Shown: one piece after another, positions 25,215-38,336 of the stretch | How positions within the stretch are numbered: position 1 is the stretch's first letter | Layout: each line of letters begins with the position of its first letter | DNA from: Tubiluchus corallicola | Lineage: Eukaryota > Animalia > Priapulida | Direction: 5' to 3' | Assembly: GCA_030141605.1 (NCBI GenBank) | Contig: JAQGDQ010000309.1 | Span: forward strand, 186,001-250,000 | Length of the DNA stretch: 64,000 bases | Translations under genes and position numbers: made by a program | Notes under the pieces: generated by a model | What the model saw: the letters and a program-made list of their open reading frames with translations, nothing else | The model's database searches: none | Told to the model about the DNA's origin: nothing

Positions 25215-25970
25215 GCACTTCTATTCCTTGCGGCTGCACGTTCGCGTGGCCGCTAACCGTAAACTGGATGGATTCAACAGCTTTTTGTAAAGTTTGTGAA
25301 CCGAAATGTTCATCAGAATTCAAAATTGACCATTGCGAATTTGAATGCCGAACAAAACCTGTTTCTAGTGGAGACGCGAAGCAATGTTGCAGAACAACCA
25401 CAGCAAAGCCTGTTGTGCCAGCTAAGCAATATCTATGCAACATCCCAGTGGTAGGATGCACAGCATGGAAATCGCAAGCCTGGTCACCAATTGGTCAGTG
25501 TCACATTGTGTGCGGCGGTGAGTTTGGAGCTCGACTTTATCAAGAAAAACTAAAAGAGATTTGGTACGCATTGCCATGCTATGTGGAAACGTTAAAAATT
25601 TCCAACTACAAAGCAAAACGACTTCCCGCGAAGTTTCTCGAAGACACGGATATGTCCGAGTTGACCATCACAAAGACTGACTTAGAGGAACTTGGAGAAA
25701 ACGCCATATATGGTGTCATCAGATCATCCATCGTCATTTCGCATAATGACAAGTTACAAATAATTCACCCAAAGGCATTCTACAAAACGAATTACGTAAA
25801 ACAGATAAAAGTCATTGACTGCGAGCAGCTAGTTAAAGCCGATCTGGACTTTTCCAACAATTACAAGTTTGGAACTATCATATTCGCTGGCAAGACCCAG
25901 ATTGAACAAATGCAAAAACCAAAGCTTAATAGCTACAGGCTTCCTTCAGATATAATGTTGGATTTAAGAG
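25215..25970 (+). CDS. LRR-module protein exon 4 (LRRCT3, Cys-rich linker, module 4)
   Basis: TTTTACAG|GC ACT TCT ATT CCT TGC GGC TGC = GTSIPCGC; donor AGAG|GTTAGT; 756 nt, phase 1-1. Confidence 0.88.
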
Positions 25971-26734
25971 GTTAGTATGCTTTTACAACCAAGAATAATA
26001 GTAGTAGTATTTTTATTGTCATTACGACCAAGAAGATTACATGTACATTTACAATAACAATACGTGTAACGCGCAATGTTACAAACGACGCAAACATTAG
26101 TTTACAAATTTTGCTAAAATATAGTGCAAAATATACAGCAATGGTAGTTAATTTTTTTAACATAATAACATCCAAAAAGTATTAACAACCAGATAACAAT
26201 TTAGTGATAAAATTTTAGCTAACTTAACTGACACTTACATAGATATATTTGGAATATCGCTTAAAACTCTTCCGCGGGTTAAAGGGTTGATATTACGAAA
26301 CTCCAAAATATTACTTAAATTTTGATTGTATTTTTTTCTCACCGCTTTTGTTAGTTCACAAACAGTAACGACGTGTTACTAATCTTGCACTGCATGTAGT
26401 GCAGGGACACTGCCTTAGGTCGTGTGGGACAGGGGTTCTGTCTCAACTTTCAATCTGTTTATATACATGTAAATAGTTGCAAACATATTTCATTTAATAT
26501 TTTTCACATATAATATGACCTTTGGTCAACAGCGAGGCTGATGTAAAGACCTCAGGCAAGACACAAAATAAATTTTGCAAGATTCTCCTAGAAACAACAC
26601 ATAACAAAATGTGACTTGCATGATCAAGAAAATGCAAGTCTATTTTCTTACTGAATTCTACTAGCATTCTTGATGATTTTTTAAACTACTTTGAAACGTG
26701 TACTATTTTGGTCGTAGCTTAACAAAGGGCTAAT

Positions 26735-27015
26735 CATTGCGAATTTGAATGCCAAACAAAATCTGATTCTAGTGGAGACGCGAAGCAATGTTGCACAATA
26801 ACCACAGCAAAGCCTGTTGTGCCAGCTAAGCAATATCCATGCAACATCCCAGTGGTAGAATGTACAGCATGGAAATCGCAAGCCTGGTCACCAATTGGTC
26901 AGTGTCGTGAGGTGTTTGGAGCTCAACTTTATCAAGAAAAACTAAGAGACATTTGGTACGCTTTGCCATGCTACGTGGAAACGTTAAAAATTTCCAACTA
27001 CAAAGCAAAACGACT
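26735..27015 (+). pseudogene. Partial duplicate of LRR exon 4 (pseudo-exon)
   Basis: Close copy of 25331-25623 with substitutions and a 12-nt net deletion (CHIVCGGEFG to CREVFG); lacks the exon's splice sites. Confidence 0.9.
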
Positions 27016-27370
27016 AAATTATAGTACTCTGGTGTATAAAAACAAGCTGAGCTTTCATTCATTTCCTCATAGACATTAGCAGAGTCATATACACACGCAG
27101 AATGCACAATACACACGCAATAAATGAATAGAAAACAAAAAAATGTACACGCATGCCTAGCAACTAAATACATTTACCACAGAATCGTGTTAGTGAAAAG
27201 CAGAAAGTACTGTTTAAACAAGTAGATAAAGAAGCACACAAGACTGATGATTATTCCTTTGAAGAGAGCTTAGCGTCAGTTTTTAGCTTAGTAGAATTCA
27301 TAATTTTGAAATTTTGTGACCCAACGTTCACATTGTGTGCATACTAGTTGACAAACCATGTTGATCAACT

Positions 27371-27755
27371 CACCAAATCACGCTGAAAACACCGGTTCTC
27401 GCCTGATCACCGAAGTTAAGCAACGTAGAGCCTGGTTGGTACTTGGATGGGTGACCGCCTAGGAGTACCAGGTGCTGTAGGCTTGCGGGATGCCCACACT
27501 GTGTCTTGACACTAGGCGGAGGAGCTGCACAAGCAGCCAACGGCTGGAGGGCGGGGTCAAGTGACCCAACGGCCATGTGTAGAGGAGTAAACCTTCCAAA
27601 TCAGGAATGGACCCCGAAGGCGGACCAGTCCAGCATGCTCACTGACTCCGGCACCTCCTGCAGCCAACCTGTTGCCAAACGTATCGCTTCGCTTTCCTTT
27701 GGACCACACCAGGGAGGAAGAGAGGGGTTTCCGGTTGTGTGGGCAACTCAGGATG
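27371..27755 (+). mobile_element. 5S rRNA-derived SINE (SINE3), copy A, 3'-truncated
   Basis: 5S head ...GAAAACACCGGTTCTCGCCTGATCACCGAAGTTAAGC...GTACTTGGATGGGTGACCGCCT...GCTGTAGGCTT (to 27484), continuing without a T-run terminator into a body shared with copies B and C. Confidence 0.9.
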
Positions 27756-27999
27756 CATAATCATAATAAACATTATAATAATCAATATCAAATTAATCAA
27801 TATAATAATCATAATCAAAATCATAATAATGTATTAAAAACTTCAATGTCTGTGGGGTTGTATTGTCCTTTAATTTTTTGCTTGTTTGTTAATTTTAACC
27901 ACTGAAGAAACAATTTTTGTCATGCCCTACAAACACACTAGAAAATAAATCCCAATGTGATTTCAGATGCTTAAATTTCTCTTTATCACTTTCTTCTAG

Positions 28000-28154
28000 G
28001 AAGCCCCCTACAATGCAATTGTAGCATGCAGTGGATGAAGTCGTTGAACTGGCTGGACTCCAAAATTGATTGTGCTAAACCACCGCATGTCTATGGCGTA
28101 AACGAAATCACAGCTGAACAATTCTGTCCTGCTGACAATCCTGGAAATCAATAA
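28000..28154 (+). CDS. LRR-module protein exon 5 (terminal LRRCT4, stop)
   Basis: TTCTTCTAG|GA AGC CCC CTA CAA TGC AAT TGT = GSPLQCNCSMQWMKSLNWLDSKIDCAKPP...FCPADNPGNQ*. Not in the ORF track. Total CDS 2928 nt = 975 aa with no TM segment. Confidence 0.85.
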
Positions 28155-28829
28155 GTTCCTGCTGTTGCTGCTCAAATGACTCTTAATTATTGATTACGCT
28201 CAATTAATTATCAATTTATTGATTTTCTGCACTTACTTTTCTGAATTCATTTTGTTATTATGTACACCTTGTTTCTCTTTCTTCAGTTCTCGACACTATC
28301 TCTTAGAAATGTTAAAGTATAAAGGGTTATATTATTTTGCAATCTAACAAAGTTGCTAAAGATTTCGCAAGTTTTATCTGTGTTTATAATGAAGGATAAA
28401 GCTTCGTAAAATTTATATTTCTTTATGCACTTTATTCTTGTGCAAAGCAGTACAGCTAGACCCAGATAGCTGACAACTCAGAAACCAACTGTAAATGGAT
28501 TCTGCGCAGTCTCGGGGCCCAGAACAGAACTGGTGATATCGATGGAATGCGACGTGTGATTCGTTGACAATCTAGTGAGGGAGAACTGCCAATGGCGTAA
28601 ACGAAGATAGGAAGATAGTAACAAACGAACAGCTACCACTCGAGAGTGACTTCTATCATGTTTCAAAGCAGTGTTAGAAGTACAAAATTACTAACATCAA
28701 CGGAGCAAAAGGCACGCAAGTATCTGTCCTTGCTGGATGTGGAGATCCGCGTTATCCATGTCTTTTTACATCATTTTGATTACCCATGTCCTGGAACCTG
28801 GTCTCAAGTTACTCATTCTCTGTAATTTT

Positions 28830-30495
28830 TTTAGTAATTTTTTTTTTATTTTTCTCCATAAATTTACAATAATTTGACAATAAAATACACGAAAATACAA
28901 ACGAACATGGGAGAAAGGATGACGAAAAACCAAAGGTTATCGAGTCAACCGCCCTTCTCAGAAAGACAGTAAACAAAAAGACGCAAATGACAGCAGAACA
29001 CAACTATTAAAAAATACATAAACGTCCATAAATACAAAAAACAAAAATACAACAACAGAAAAAAACAATCGTTCCATAGACGGTGAGTTTGCACCTTATA
29101 AAAAAATTGTTTTTCAGCAAAAATTACCACAAGAATGTACATCTAATAGACAAAAAATTGATTTATACGTAAGATTCAAGAAGTGCCTTAGTATACTGTT
29201 TATTTAGTGAATGCAGAGGTAAAGAAGTTATATGAGCAGGTAGGGTGTTGCATAATACTGATTCCTGATATTTTAACGACCTTTGACCTTTAGATGTATT
29301 AAATCGTTCGATGAAGAAAGAACTGCTAGTAGAACCTAGTGTTGTAACTGTGAATGTAGATGCTGGCGTATAGTAATTTAGAAACAATTCTGGTAGTAAG
29401 TTATTCTTAAATTTGTATACAAATTTTGCAAGCTCGAGTTTGTAGATATTATTTAGTTTTAAGAGGCCCAATTTAACGTAGGATGGCGTTGCATGTTCCC
29501 GTCTACCAGAAAATGTCATCAGCTTAACTATAATGTTTTGATGAGTTTGTATTGGTTTTAAAGTATTTGAAGACGCAGTGCCCCAGGCAAGAATCCCATA
29601 GTGAAGATAAGAATAAACCAAAGCATGGTATATTAGTTTTAGTACATCTGTATTTACGTAGTGTCTTATCCTCGCAATTATGCCCTTGATTTTTCTAATT
29701 TTGTAGGTTATGTGTTTTATTTGTGTAGACCATGTTAAGTTATCATCAATGAACATACCGAGGTATTTAATTTCTTTAAATCTAGTTAACATTTGATTAA
29801 TCATTGAAATTTGGAAATTTTCATATGTGTCTGTTTTGCGGCTAGGCGTAATCAACATGTATTTTGTCTTTTTATGGTTAATAGACAGTTTGTTAGCTTT
29901 CATCCAAGCCACGGGGGGGGGGGGCAAGCCAGCCCAACTCAGTACCGGTCCTAAGCCCGGATAAATAGGGAGGGTTAGGGTCAGGAAGGGCATCCGCCTG
30001 TAAAAACTGCGCCAAAACCTTCTATGAATGAGTCGGTGCGTGCAAAGAAGTGGTCAGACCCGCTCTAATCTATGGGCTGGAAGCAGCTTCTCTAAAGAAG
30101 ACCGAAGAGACGAAAATGGGTGTGGTGGAGATGAGGATGTTGAGATGGATGGTGGGAATAACAAGAAGAGATAAAATTAGAAATAGTAATATCAGAGGAA
30201 CGGTAAAAGTAGTGGAAGCCTCGCAAGATTGCGATGGTATGGACACCTGAAAAGAAGAGTCGGTGAAGATCATGTGGGAAGGGAAGACATAAATGAAGAG
30301 ATGGTCAACAACAGGAATGCGTGGAAAACACTCATTCACAACGGCGACCCCGAATAGGGAAAAGCTGGGAAGAAGAAGACAGTTTGTTAGCTTTCATCCA
30401 CTGATTAATCTTATGCAATTCACTATTAACTGAGGTTTGTAAATTAATTATCTTAGTATCTGTTAAAAATAGATTAGTGTCATCTGCAAACATTC
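28830..30495 (-). mobile_element. 5'-truncated L2/Crack/CR1-group LINE (RT C-terminal half, 3' UTR, A-rich tail)
   Basis: MFADDTNLF...NQ (30401-30495) joins WMKANKLSINHKKTKYM...KYLGMFIDDNLTW once the insert at 29907-30376 is removed; A-rich tail at ~28830-28850. Confidence 0.85.
29907..30376 (+). mobile_element. Internally deleted (bipartite) RTE element nested in the LINE
   Basis: 24-bp TSD AGACAGTTTGTTAGCTTTCATCCA (29883-29906 / 30377-30400); RTE-like 5' motif CCCGGATAAATAGGGAGGG...AGGAAGGGCATCCG; ORF2 remnant VVRPALIYGLE...EMRMLRWMVGITRRDKIRN; (GAA)n tail. Confidence 0.88.
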
Positions 30496-31081
30496 CAAAA
30501 TGCAGGCGCTAGCGGCTGTCTAACTAGCGAACAGCAAAATGCATATAACAGCCAAGAACTAAATTGTACGTGAACGCAAAATTGTGTTTGTGTGGTAATA
30601 ATTTTTTCACGTAAGTAATTTTTGAAAAAATAGTATGTTTCTTTTTAATATTTTAAAGAGTAGGTTGTTTTGACCTACAGTTTAAGATTGGGTCCGGTTT
30701 TGCTTCAACTTAACAGCACTGGAGTTTTGCTCTCAATTGACTGTTGAATGTGACTCTGCTGTAACATTAGGTAGAAAATGAGATGCTATGATGTCATCTG
30801 CACAGGGGTAAAGATCAACATACCGAAGGGGCCCACCTATCCAAAACTTAGGGCCCAAGTTTTGATTAATATAGCCAGACTGGCATTGTTATTGCATTGT
30901 TATTTAGAAGATTAGATTCAAACATTTCTGCAATTTGCAAAAATTTGTAAACGTAGGCTAATAATTGATAAGAGATGGACTTCTTTGTTGTTATTGTTGC
31001 TGTTGTTGTTTTCATTGTCATCACGCCTGGCGTTCAAACTAGTAATAAGTCTTTTCACAGTTCCAGTGATGATCGTGAAAA

Positions 31082-31197
31082 GGTCAAAGGTTAAGTGTGC
31101 CAGACAACGCATTTGTGAACACTTGACAACCCCCAGCAATCCAAGCCATTGTCACATTGCACGTGACGGTTGTAGTCATACACTTAACCTTTGACCT
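31082..31197. repeat. Short TIR-like repeat family member
   Basis: GGTCAAAGGTTAAGTGT ... ACACTTAACCTTTGACC; longer relative with the same flanks at ~32295-32595. Confidence 0.6.
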
Positions 31198-33657
31198 ACA
31201 GCAACTGCGCGTGCGCACAACGGAAAAGTTTATTGCTCGATAGCCAGCAGCTCTACAGTGAGATATTCAGTCTATTTAGATTTTGAGCAATCTAGAAAAC
31301 AAATACAATAAATTAAATAGCAGTTGCAAAATGGCAATTGTAATAGCCTGCAGTGAATCAAAAATAGTAAAACAAATAGGTGCTTAAGAACTAATATTCG
31401 AATATTATAATAAAATTGAGTAAACCTCAGCGTAATGTTAAAATAACAACACTGTTCACTTGCCTAATTATATACAATAAATGAACATTTTGACAAACAC
31501 AATATTAAAATTTTTTACAAAACAATATTACAAAAGTACATTAAATTTTACATGACATATTTTACACTATATATACATTTAACATGACACAATTAACAGA
31601 AACATGCTTTACATACATAAATTTCACTCCTTACATTTACACTATTTATACATTTGACATTACAAAACTGACATAACACGTATTACATCACATATTTTTT
31701 TTAAATTTTTACATTTTTAATCGTTTTATGGAGTCAGGGGCGGGGGTAGATGAAAGTTGAGTCTGTGTAATTAGTATCAGATGCACAATGTAATCGATAT
31801 AACAGTTTTATAAGTTCCGTAAAATAAAATAAAATAAACTTGGTAGCTAATTTAAAAACAATTTACAATAATAAAATATCTATTTGATAGAAAAATTTAA
31901 TAAAACAGTTGTAATTAAGGCTAGACATTCAAGTAAATCATTATTGAAATAACAGTTTTTACCATCTTCTTGGTATAAATGAATATTTATTAGTGTAAAA
32001 AATACATACAATACAAGACGATCGATGTAAAATTCAATGTTTGACTGTACAGCGCTGTGTGTTTAGTTACAGCGTCCATTGTTTTTAAAACCTGAACATA
32101 GATGGCGCGCGCATGTTATTTCCAGCACTTTTTGCGCTCTGCTTTGGTATAGTATCGCAAAGCGCTATAGCGTCGCTGGTATCACTGTAACTTCCGCGCC
32201 CTCTACTTGTTTAATTTATCAGCCCTGCCAACTTACACGCGTTATGCACGTGTCACACGCATTTTAAGTCTTTCACGCATGATGATCGCGATAAGGTCAA
32301 AGGCTAAATGTACCAGACAACGCATTTCTGTACACTTGAGACGCCGCACAGTCCACGCTATTGTAATAATTACAATTTTAGCAGCTAACTTGAACCTTAT
32401 CTGGTTCATTTTTTTGTTGCCAAGCAAAATTCTGTTAGTAAATCACTCTATGCACAGACTAATGCATAATTAAGTAAAGTCCACGTAGAACAACTGATAT
32501 TATTGAACTGATGCAAAAAACTGCTTTGCTTTACTCACACGTTACGTGGACAGTTGTAGTTAGGACGCATTTCTGAGGTACACTTAACCTTTGACAAACA
32601 TCAATTGCGCGTGCGCAAAACGAAACTGTGAAAAGGCTTGTTATTGAAAAAACAAGAAAACTAAGCAAATCATGTGTACAAAAGAATTATGTAATTCTTT
32701 AACAGCAATAACAGCATAAGAAAGCTCAGTAGCATGCAAAAATGATCGCAAAAAGATACACGTGAAATATTTTTTTATATTTTTGCCCTAATTTTTTCAA
32801 ATAATGATTTCGATGCCCAGGAAAGTAAAAATTTGTGACCATAATTACATCCCCCCAGAGCCACAGTACAGGGGAGAGATGATTTCCGGTGTTCTACGTT
32901 TAACACTCATTTTTGGTAGTTTAAACTACGTTTAACATTCGAGGGCGCAACCGTCTTGCTTGAGAATAAAACCAAATATTAAGAAAAACCGCAGATTCAA
33001 CGTTAGTATGTTGAAAGTGACGTCATCACCATGCGCTGAAGTACTGTCTGTATCGATTATGGATGTTAGAAGCCATTACGAGGCTGAGTTATCCGAACGA
33101 AACCACTGTGCCAAGTGAGGGAGAGACGGTTGGTTACCCTTGCTAACGCCCTCTCGTAAGAGCGGCGTTCTCGCGCACTGATGTGGCAAAAGTCACACAA
33201 TTCGCAAAAATACTTTGTTATACGAACAAGATTCCTCTGGTGATTTTGGAGATTCACTACAAGGCCTTCCTGCCCCTCCCGCCTCCCACTATGTTTACAC
33301 TTGAAACATTCACTAGGTACCTCATTAAAGCCATGCTCGCTGAAATGTGAATCTAGATCTGATGAGGATTATCATCACTGATGGATAATTAGTGACTAAT
33401 TACAGCGGCTGAGTGGCTTCCTGGTGACGTCATACTGCCGTAAATCCAATCATAAAGACATAAATCACGCTAAGGTTAGAAGACATTGTGCAGATAGGCA
33501 AAGTAAGCACTCTATAATCATATTGATGACGTTGGAACTGACTAGTAGTGTTAAGATAAATTATTGTACCTGGTAGTTTATAATCTTTTGCTAGGGTACG
33601 AGTAAGAGTGTAGGAGTACAGAACCGTTTAATGCATCAAACTACAGTTCAAACGATA

Positions 33658-33849
<192 letters not shown>

Positions 33850-34339
33850 AAATCTTTATTAGCCTCTTTTTGCTGGCAAAATTTCTGTACAAACGCTATA
33901 CAATTTTTTTCATAGACAGAGTGAATACTACAATATTACATGTTCTGTAATTAACTTCTTAAATGGTGCGTGCAACATTATTTACAGTGATGTTAAACAA
34001 CATTATTTACAGTGATGTTAAACAACATTATTTACATTGAGTAATAAAGTTAACGCTAAAATCAAGGTTGTTCGTGAAACAAGTTTCCTGTCTAGTAACA
34101 TTAAAATGCATTTATATTAATTTACTAAATTACTAAATTCCCAATTCAATATTTAAGTCCACTACCAATAATCTTAAAAACTACTCAAATTTAAGCCCTA
34201 TTTTGCTCAAATTTAGCAGCAAGATCTTCGCAAAGTAAGTTAGTGCTGATACTACATTTACGTTTTTGATGCCATACTTAAGATTTAAGTCATTTCCTAA
34301 TTCGTTTATAATATATCTCTCCTGTTTGCCTTCGACTCC

Positions 34340-34912
34340 GTATTCTGAATTCTGTATATCGGTATTCTGCCGGGACATCGGTATTCTGAATTCTGTAAAT
34401 CACTATTCTGCCGGGACATCGGTATTCTGAATTCTGTACATCGGTATTCTGCCGGGACATCGGTATTCTGAATTCTGTACATCGGTATTCTGAATTCTGG
34501 ACATCACTATTCTGCCAGGACATCGGTATTCTGAATTCTGTACATCGGTATTCTGCCAGGACATCGGTATTCTGAATTCTGTACATCGGTATTCTGAATT
34601 CTGGACATCACTATTCTGCCAGGACATCGGTATTCTGAATTCTGTACATCGGTATTCTGCCAGGACATCGGTATTCTGAATTCTGTACATCGGTATTCTG
34701 AATTCTGGACATCGGTATTCTGCCAGGACATCGGTATTCTGAATTCTGTACATCGGTATTCTGCCAGGACATCGGTATTCTGAATTCTGGACATCACTAT
34801 TCTGCCAGGACATCGGTATTCTGAATTCTGGACATCACTATTCTGCCAGGACATCGATATTCTGAATTCTGGACATCACTATTCTGCCAGGACATCGGTA
34901 TTCTGAATTCTG
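34340..34912. repeat. Composite minisatellite (CGGTATTCTGAATTCTGTACAT / CGGTATTCTGCCAGGACAT units)
   Basis: Interleaved 19- and 22-bp units. Confidence 0.95.
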
Positions 34913-35697
34913 GGTTAAACGATTGAGAATCTATCATGCCCTCAAAGTTTAGTGATAAAGGCTCTTACATCTCGCAGGCTGCAATCTTGAGAGTATAATC
35001 GTAGTAGTTACCTGTGAATTCTGTGATTGTTTTTCATTTAAACTGATTATCCAGGAAATTCACGCTACCTCAACTCCGTCAAACACACTGGAGCTATCTC
35101 AAAAGACAGAGAGCGGATGCTAAGATGGTAAAAAGCATGCCATTGATTGGTATTCAACAGATGAGCTTGTAAGGTGTGTTGAAGGATCGTGAGATCCTCA
35201 CGTCGCTGCGCCAACCATTCCCCTGAAGATTGCAAGCTGCACCAGAAGTTCGAGGGTTCGAGGCTTCCATACCAAACTTTGATGACATGAAATATTCACT
35301 ATTGCCTGAGCAGTATTTTGCCGTTCTAAATTATTCTGTACGATTACTCGTTGTTTTTGCATTCTGCTAACAATGTACCACCCTGTATATGAGCTGCCAC
35401 AACACTCTTTTCTAGTCAAACAACAACGGAGATCATTTTTACTATATCTACTGATTAATTGTAATTAAATGACAGGCATGAAGATGTGCTTTATTTTTGG
35501 TACCAGACTTTGGAAGACGTACATATCTATCACACGAAATTTTGAAGCAGGTACTTTCACAATTGCCTGAACAATAGTTTTCGTGGAAATCTGTTCGGTA
35601 AATTTTGCGTAATAAGGTTACTGCTATAACAAGCAAATTACGTTGAAACATAACTTTTTTGACAAGGGTAAAAACTAAAATAATTATCACCGCACTG

Positions 35698-36335
35698 ACC
35701 CTAACCCTAAGCAATATTTTATTAAGTGGGCAATATTTTATTAAGTGAGCAATATTTTATTAAGTGAACAATATTTTATTAAGTGAGCAATATTTTATTA
35801 AGTGAGCAATATTTTATTAAGTGAGCAATATTTTATTAAGTGAGCAATATTTTATTAAGTGAGCAATATTTTATTAAGTGAGCAATATTTTATTAAGTGA
35901 GCAATATTTTATTAAGTGAGCAATATTTTATTAAGTGAGCAATATTTTATTAAGTGAGCAATATTTTATTAAGTGAGCAATATTTTATTAAGTGGGCAAT
36001 ATTTTATTAAGTGAGCAATATTTTATTAAGTGAGCAATATTTTATGCCATTTTTCCCTGCGCCGTTTTTTCTATGCAATTTTTTCCCACGCCACTTTTAT
36101 CTATTTTTTCATTTGTGAAATTTTTTTTGTACCATTTTTTCCTGAGTCAATTTTACCGTGTCCTTTTCCCTGTGCCAATTTACCCACTTTCTCATTCGTG
36201 CCATTCTTACTTGTACCATTTACCGTGTCATTTTTCTTGTGCATTTTACCTACTGTTTCATTTGTGCCATTTTTACCTGTGCCATTTCACCGTGTCACTT
36301 TTCTTGTGTCATTTTTACCTGTGCCATTTTATCTA
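35698..36335. repeat. 19-bp minisatellite (AGCAATATTTTATTAAGTG)n preceded by CCCTAACCCTAA, followed by TGCCATTTT subrepeats
   Basis: Array ~35710-36045; degenerate TGCCATTTT(A)CC units 36045-36335. Confidence 0.9.
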
Positions 36336-37856
36336 CATTCACCAATTGTTTTTACAACCAAATAAAACAAATTGATTTGAAAAATAATTTCGTGCTTGTT
36401 GTTACTTTTTCTTGTCAAAAGATGGCGCTGTTTTGTACCTCTATAACTATAAAGCAACAATCGGCGAAATTACATTCTCACAATACCTAATAGAAAACAA
36501 TGCAAGTCGGCAACTTCAAAGACATGTGTAATTCAATTTTGTCTACATATACACAGAACAGGTGCTTATGAAGGAGTCTGACGTACAAACTTAATCCCGC
36601 CATCAGTCAAAATGAAGCCAATTATCCACGTGATCAAGGTAACTGTGACGTCTCACGTCATCTCAATCTGTGGATGATAACGAGCGCCGGTAATTCCCGT
36701 TGATTAATTATCAGTTGAGTCGTGATGACAAATGTGCTGACATCTTTCAGGATAAAAATCAATCATCATTAACTCTGTGCCGCCAGAAATGGGATTTAGT
36801 GAGTCCCAAGTCGTCAACCCAAGTCCTGGAACACACTGCCTATAATATAGTGTTGATTTTATACTAACAATTGGTCAGAAAACCCAACAAATTTATTGCT
36901 CCAGTAGGACTCGAACCAAGTCTTCTGAGTTCTGAGCAGATGTATCAAACCATTACTTTCAATACTTTTACAATAAAAACATATACAAAAGCATATTGCA
37001 TACAATACAGTATAAGTACTGTATAGTATATAATTTAGCATAGTACAACTATATACACAAGTATCAATACTTTATACGATAGAAACTATAGTTTAAAATT
37101 TGGTCCTGTTTCCCTTTAATTCAATTGATTTTATACAATTTTATATATGAAGTATACACCGGAAATAGGTTTTAATATGAAAGAGTCTATACTTCCGCCT
37201 AGGAAATGAAATCGGAGTAATTTCGCAGCTTCTCTTTTCTTTTCATTCTAGCAAATCTATGTCCGGTTTGGCTTCATTAGGAGAGTTCACGCTCTAAACG
37301 GTTTCTGGGAGTTACATGACTTTATGGATTATGGTGTACATGGCTTCATGGAGTATTCATGGTTTCATGGCACGTACACGCACGCTCCTTCGAGTGCATG
37401 CAGTTTCAACGAGTGTACACGACTCCATGACGTGCACACGGCTTCATCAAATGTATATGACTTGATGGTGTGCACATGGCTTCATGGAGCGTATGTGGTT
37501 AATACAATATACATAACTCCATGGAGTACGGAAGGCTTTGTGGGCTGTTCTGCCTTGATGGATTATATGGACGTGACTTTATGAAGCGTGACTGTTTTTA
37601 AATTAAAAATTAAATTTGTGTGGCTTCTTTGAGGAAGTTTCAACTTAGCAATAATCATGCCATTAATATAAGTGAATAAAGGCCAATGCACCCAATCACT
37701 TATTATAAGAGGCATCGTCTATTTGGCTCAAGCTCAGCCAGCTCAGTGCCAAGCCTATTGATTTCGCTGAAACATTTACTTTAATCAAAACATTGTGTGA
37801 TTTGTTTCAGCAGCCATTGTCAAGCGAAGTCCTTGACGACGTTCTCTGGGGTCATT

Positions 37857-38336
<480 letters not shown>

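Noticed and set aside
27371-27484. Functional 5S rRNA genes (also 43400-43517, 46254-46360)
   Set aside because: No oligo-T terminator, substitutions and deletions, and each continues into a shared SINE body; one has a TSD.
29907-29993. N-terminus of the 276-aa ORF 29163..29993
   Set aside because: Chimeric: antisense sequence of the inserted RTE element fused to the host LINE RT.
34340-34912. CRISPR-like array (also 35710-36045, 41213-41520)
   Set aside because: Tandem units without unique spacers, no cas genes, eukaryotic context.
35041-35440. GC-richer patch as possible exon or transposase remnant (likewise 28440-28810, 8280-8800)
   Set aside because: No recognisable motif or consistent splice-bounded open frame.
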